The translations under genes and the position numbers were made by a program. From Hemiscyllium ocellatum (taxonomy: Eukaryota), in NCBI RefSeq assembly GCF_020745735.1, contig NC_083407.1, positions 92,495,857 through 92,559,856 of the forward strand: a DNA stretch of 64,000 nt. The letters are read 5' to 3'. A model generated the notes under the pieces. It saw only the letters and a program-made list of their open reading frames with translations. It did no database searches and had not been told where the DNA came from. How positions within the stretch are numbered: the stretch's first letter is position 1; every line of letters starts with the position of its first letter. Below are positions 58,312 to 64,000 of this stretch, one piece after another.

Positions 58312-60639
58312 TAAACCACTGGAAGCTGCCCTTGACTTGCTGTGCCCAGGATCCCCAATAGGGTGGGGACATCTCTCTTGACTTGACACATTTTTGCTCC
58401 CCATAAATGTTGAGACAAGGCCATTTGCGAGAAGCATGTGCAGTGTCTTTGCCGCACAAAATTCTGGCATTTGGTGCAGGACTGAGGATGAGATAGCACA
58501 ATGCCAAACATCAAGATGTCCATTCCCCTGACTGAAGACTGCTGACAACCTTGACAAGCTGCCCAGCTCTGTGCCTGTGCAAAGAGGCATGTCTAGAAAG
58601 AAGTATTGTTAGCTCTGGAGGGAAAGCATTAAAAGACAAGGCAGGAGCTGGGTGGTAGGTCCTAAGTGATTGATCACTAAGAGAGCAAATGGGATTTCCT
58701 GAGAAGCAGCCCAGTCTAGTCTGTAAGCTGGGTACCAGTCTGATTGCCCAAAGTGCCCATCCAGCAGCATTCCAAAGATAGGGGTGTGGCCCGAAGTGCA
58801 GTATGGTGCTGCAGAAACATACCATAAATAAATCAGAGATGAATCATGACTGTGAAGAGGCTGGTATGTGTCAGACACCAGCATCCAAGGACATGAAGTG
58901 CCGCTGGTCTGGATCGTTGCCTGAAATGGTGACGGATCTCGAAAACGGAGGTCCATAGAACAAGCAACAACATGGAGTCATAAATACCTGCTCTGACTTT
59001 CGTCTTGAGAATTCTTGATGTCTAGATTTTACTCCAGCCTGTGATAGAATAACAAGCAGCATATTCATGAGAGTAGACCAAATGTTAACAAGAGTCATAA
59101 TGAGTGCTAATTCCCAAGAATAGGCAGCAACTTGCCATTCCCTGTTGAAAATCTTGACTTCCACATTTGGAATTCTGTTGGAAAAGGTGACTTGTTGCTC
59201 CTGACGCTGAGAAAGGCCTCACTCAACTTCTGACACAATTTTCCCAGATTTCTCTCCCTGCCCATCTCATTAAGGGCCTGGGAAAATTTTATACTTAATG
59301 TAAAGAATCCAAAGGAAATATTTTTAAATATTTAGTCATAAGTCAAAATCTAAAAAATGTTTTATATCCTTCTACAAGTGATTTTAATCAATCAATAATG
59401 TTAATGACTATATTAATGAAACTTGCTCAATGTTTACATTGCTTTTATATTTACTTTTTAAATTGACAATTGTTTAATTGGGTGTGTGGAATTATCTTTA
59501 TTCAATAATATGGGACATAATGAAATATAAGATAAACAATTTTAACAGATGACATTTAATGGATTTCAATGAAACATTTAATTTAAAGACATTACTCCTT
59601 TTACATCTTGCAGTCTACAAATTGAGACTTTGTTGAGATTTTTCACTGTTATGCCTCACTCAATCACAACTGCCTCCATTTCCATATCTCCAACCCAAGC
59701 TCTCTTCACTTTCAGCTTTAACCTGTTGTGCCCCACTTGTTACAATCTACGAACTTCACTCTGGTTCTCCACTGTGGCAAAAGGACTCAGCTATCAAAGC
59801 TCTGCATTTTAAAACACTCTCTTCAAATCCTTTTGTCACAGGATTTCTCCTCAACTTCAAAAAACTCTTCAAAATCCATCTCTTCAATCATGTCCCTTAG
59901 TTCTCCTTTTGGTATTCATTTTCTTTTCCCATTGTGAATTGGATTTGGGATGCTTCACAATGTTAGAACACAAATATTGGTGCAAGTTACTGCTATTTAT
60001 GCATCAAATAATGCTTCAGTTCAATTTTACTCAAACAAGCCACAATCAGATTATTAAGAATAGCACTGACCCTGAGCAGAAGATATACCAACTGTGTGAC
60101 AAGGGCAGAGCAACCACAGAGGAAATAGTAATTATCTTCAATAATAAATACCATGATGAGCAACACCTCGTAGGTTGCAACTGTTCAAGTATCTGCAGAT
60201 CTCTATCTCCTTAACCTGTTTCAAGAAATTAGCAAACATGAAACAGCCACAAGTCATTTTTACTACTGGAGTTCGGACCAAAAATATCTCAGCTTTTCTC
60301 CAGGTTCTTAGGATGTCAGTAGTAGATGCAATTTTGTGCATTCTAAAATAAACCACTAAAAATAGCAGAGCTAGTCAGATAGTACTTCAGAGTTGTCAAT
60401 TACATTTGATCATATTACATTTGTCTTTAGTTGATAGGTGCTGACTGTACATCGTATGATACTAAATGTGGCATGCCAGAGACTGTCAGTACTGCATTAC
60501 CTGTCAGAAAAGCCCACTGAGTTCTATGTAGCTGATTTCAATAACATATTGGGCAGACATATCTTGTACCTAAGATGGTGCCGTAAGAGTCGACATTAAA
60601 GTGACAATAAAGCTAATTCATTCATTCATTTTGTCGAGT

Positions 60640-60875
60640 GCACTGGTTGGCTCCTCCAATCCAAAATTGTGCAGGTTAGGTACATTGGCCATGCTAAACT
60701 GCCCTATAGTGTGCAGGCTAGATGGGTTAGCTATGTTGAATGTGCAGTTACAGCGATATGATGGGAGACTTGGTCTGGGTGAGACGTTCTTCGGAGGGTT
60801 GATGCAGACATGTTGGGCCAAAAGGGTCAAGAAGGCAGCTCACCACCACCTTCTGCACTGTAGGGATTCTACAAT
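60640..60875 (+). mobile_element. Decayed HE1/V-SINE 3' part
   Basis: tccaaaattgtgcaggttagg..attggccatgctaaactgccc...cactgtagggattcta. Confidence 0.7.
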
Positions 60876-61602
60876 ATTTACTGGACAGCCATCTTGCTTT
60901 GTATCATTTATTAACACTTCCTCTTCCCCTTCATTCCCACACAGGCCGTTATATTACAGTTTATTATAGGTGACCTTGAACAAGACCATAATAATCTCTA
61001 AAAAAACAGATATTGTATGCATAAATATCTTTGAGCACGGTGACTATAATCTAAATAGTGATTACTGAGAGATAAGTATATCTCCATCACTGCTTCTTAT
61101 TGGTTGTAAAATAATCTTGCCTTCCTTATGTATGTCTTTCTCTCATCTCATACTGGCATGCCACAATACAAAACGTAGAAGCTGCAGCACATATTCCATC
61201 ATTGTCCTGCAGCATCCTACAGGGAAATACAGGAAAAGATTTTCATAAACTTTAGTTACAGAAAGGTCTGGAGAAATGTTGACTCAGTTGTTAATTCTAC
61301 AGATTTTGATCATTACTTGTTTTCATTCAATTTATCACTATTAATTTCTTTCGGGTTTCAGCTTTATTTGAAGTGAGTATCCTATATCTCCTACCACCTA
61401 CCCTTTAACCTTATTTGCGAAGTGTAAAGAGAGTTTGACTGGTAAAGGAAAAATGAGCCTGGCAACTTCCCAGGAACCTTGGAAGCCCAAGCTGAATTAT
61501 CTTTGATCTTGCTGAAAAGAAAGACCAATTGCAAAAGCTATTCATCTCGTACTCTTCAGGATAAACACAAGAATGCAAAGTTTCAAATTTCAATGAATGA
61601 CG

Positions 61603-61684
61603 TGCTGGCTAAGTGGTCAGCACTGCTGCCTGAGCACCAGGGACCTGGGTACGAATCCAGCCTCGGGCGACTGTCTGTGTGGAG
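61603..61684 (+). mobile_element. HE1/V-SINE 5' head
   Basis: tggctaagtggtcagcactgctgcct...gggtacgaatccagcctcgggcgactgtctgtgtggag. Confidence 0.78.
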
Positions 61685-62536
61685 TGTAGTAATTGTAATG
61701 AGGTCAGCCAGGTGGACCTCATAGAATATGAGTTTCCTGATTGGGGTTGTTAGGCTGACAGATATAAAGGGGTTCGGTTCACTGTGAGAGTTGGCTCTGA
61801 GGAGCCAGGCCAGTGTCCAGGACTCTCCACGTGTAAAAGAAGGGGTGACTTTGTGATGTGATACTGCCCTCTGTGGAGTTATGTGACTGTGAGATCTGCA
61901 ATGTCTCCCCGTAGAGCACTGAGGTAGTATTAGCTCAAAGGTGGTCCAATGGAGAGGCACACACAATAGCATATGCATCTAGTACTTTGACTAATGCAGA
62001 GCTTAACTATGTCCAGATAGAGAAGGAAGGTTGGGCAGTCTTACCAAGAGTCAAGAAGTTTCACCAATACCTTTATTGATGTACATTTATTATAATAATG
62101 GACCACAAACCCCTGCTAGGGCTACTTAAGGAGGACAAGGCAGTGCCACCCATAGTTTCAGGCCAAATTCAGTGGTGGGCTCTAATACTAAATGCTTATA
62201 ATAACAAGTTGGAATATCATCCGGGAGCCAAGGAGCAAATGTGAATGCATTGAGCCACCTCTCGCTGGCAGATACACCACTGGTGGTACAGCCACTGAAA
62301 GAGTCAGAATGGTTTTAAAGTTTTAGGACACACTTACAGTCAACAGCCAACAATATCAGACTTTGATGCAGAAAGATCAGGCCCTGGCAAAACTGAAACA
62401 GCTAGTGGTGATGGGGGAAACCAAAGGGCCATTGCAATCAGAACTGAAATCTTTCTGAATCTCATAGAATATGAATTCCCAGATTGGACCAGATTAACAT
62501 CCCCAATCAGGGAATTCATATTCTATGAGATTCAGA
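61685..62536 (+). mobile_element. Internally deleted Gypsy LTR retrotransposon (LTR plus RNase H remnant)
   Basis: LTR starts tgtagt and has a gatataaa TATA-like box. Remnant reads ASSTLTNAELNYVQIEKEG..KKFHQYL..DHKPLLGL..QWWALIL.AY (Ty3/Gypsy RNase H). Confidence 0.85.
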
Positions 62537-62744
62537 GCCAGGTCTGAGAGGCCAATGCATTCTCATGGAGAAAGCTATAGGAATCACTATCTCCTCATGC
62601 TACCACATAACTCAAATGAAGTGCAAGGCTTCAACAAATTCCCTTTGCTTGCAGAGACCGGGCCCCTGCCTAGGAATGTACATCACTTCTAGTAAATGAA
62701 TAGTTGCCATGTTATAAACTCAACTGAGTATCTTCAGTTTGTTG

Positions 62745-62905
62745 TAAAAATAGAAGTGCTGGAAAAATATGCCAGGTCTAGCAAAAACAAACAGAAACTG
62801 TTTGTCTCTCCATGAACGCTGCCAAGCCTGCTGGAGTATTTTTTTTCAGCAATTGCTGTTTTAATATCAAGTTTCTAGCATCCATAGTATTTTGCTTTTA
62901 TTTTA
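62745..62905. mobile_element. Highly decayed PLE-end element
   Basis: gtgctggaaaaat..ccaggtctagca followed by gctgcca.gcctgctg..gtattt..cagca..tgtttt, resembling the family C end at 33830-33885. Confidence 0.45.
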
Positions 62906-63691
62906 AATTTGTAGTTGTGTAGCTATTAGCACACACCACATAGATTAACAAGTGCACCCCAAACGTGAAATCACATCTGATGGTAGATCTTTAGTTTGGG
63001 ATTTTGCAAATATGAGCTAGCTGAGTGCAGTCTAGATTCTACCTAATATAAACAGCCAGAAAAACATTTTATTTGATTCAATCAGCAAATCATGGGATTT
63101 ATAGCCTATTGATCTAATATAATGCTGACACTGAACTTCATATAAGATTATTCAATTATGTGGTAGGCAGAATGTCATTTTGCATTGAAGGTAGTCTCCT
63201 ATTAGTGGAAGTTACTGACCATATCACCATTTCATTTACTTGGCCTCAAACTGAGCCAAAGAAATTGCATGGGCATCCTTCCCCACATGATATTCGTATC
63301 TTGCACCAATAACCAGCAATTTGATTGGTGGTAATGTATCCACCTAAAGTTTCTCTGTCCTCTGTTCTCTGTTATAATATGCTGGTAGCACTGGACATCA
63401 CTGTCTCATGTAATACAAATAGGAGCAGTGAGCACAGAAGAAATTTCTCATTCTTCGATGGGCATCTGAGGATGAGGTGGAGAAAAAGACGGCGTAAGAG
63501 TCAAACATTTTTGTTAAACAACAGAACAAATAATATTTATATGCACAAAGAGGTTAACACATTACAGCAACTACTGTTGAAAGAAAATACAAAATAACAA
63601 GACACATCATGATTAGAGCATTTCATTATACTGGGACGTGCTGCTTTTGCAAGATGTGAATCAATTTTTTCTAAGGTTGAATTCTGAGCCA

Positions 63692-63797
63692 GTAATGATG
63701 CAGATCATACAACTTAATGGTCATGTAATGATGCAGATCATACAGCTTAATGGTCATGTGATGATGCAGATCATACAGCTTAATGGTCATGTGATGA
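63692..63797. repeat. 33-bp minisatellite, about 3.2 copies
   Basis: Unit gt(a/g)atgatgcagatcataca(a/g)cttaatggtcat repeated in tandem. Confidence 0.95.
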
Positions 63798-64000
63798 ATT
63801 TCAAAACCAAGCTTTACTCTTAAACTTCTATAGTGAGCTAAAGAACTCCATTCAGTTCAGAAGCCAAATACCAGTGATCAATGTAGCTCTATTCAACAAG
63901 AAGACAACTTCAGGGGTCTCAGAAGAATGCTTGGTGAACCTAAGAGAAAATGCACACTGGTTGAGATTAATTATTTCAGTGTCTGACAATGTCTTGCTAC

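Noticed and set aside
63692-63797. CRISPR-like array
   Set aside because: Repeat units are contiguous with no unique spacers, and the context is a vertebrate genome.

Overview
Eukaryotic, repeat-dominated DNA from a cartilaginous fish. The HE1/V-SINE copies and shark-type CR1 and Penelope elements point to an elasmobranch; the species is not determinable here. No intact host protein-coding gene, RNA gene or CRISPR array is supported. More than half of the window is retroelement debris: many CR1 LINEs, an older CR1/L2-type LINE with its partner SINE, HE1 SINEs, an RTE fragment, Gypsy LTR remnants, Harbinger-like Myb remnants, and Penelope-like elements (PLEs), including one near-complete RT+GIY-YIG copy. 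Two things stand out. (1) About ten short, mostly palindromic PLE-end insertions, most with 12-18 bp target-site duplications, plus the longer PLE ends, fall into four sequence families. All four carry minimal type-I hammerhead-ribozyme motifs (CUGANGA-stemII-GAAA-palindromic stemIII) with family-specific covarying stems, often on both strands. (2) A probable minus-strand pseudogene (about 8.9-20.5 kb) of a type-I membrane, immune-receptor-like protein: TATA box, frameshifted signal peptide, Cys-containing exons, Ser/Thr/Pro stalk, frameshifted TM cut by an 8-kb TE block, and an acidic tail with an ITAM-like motif. Coordinates of decayed repeats are approximate and were read by eye.
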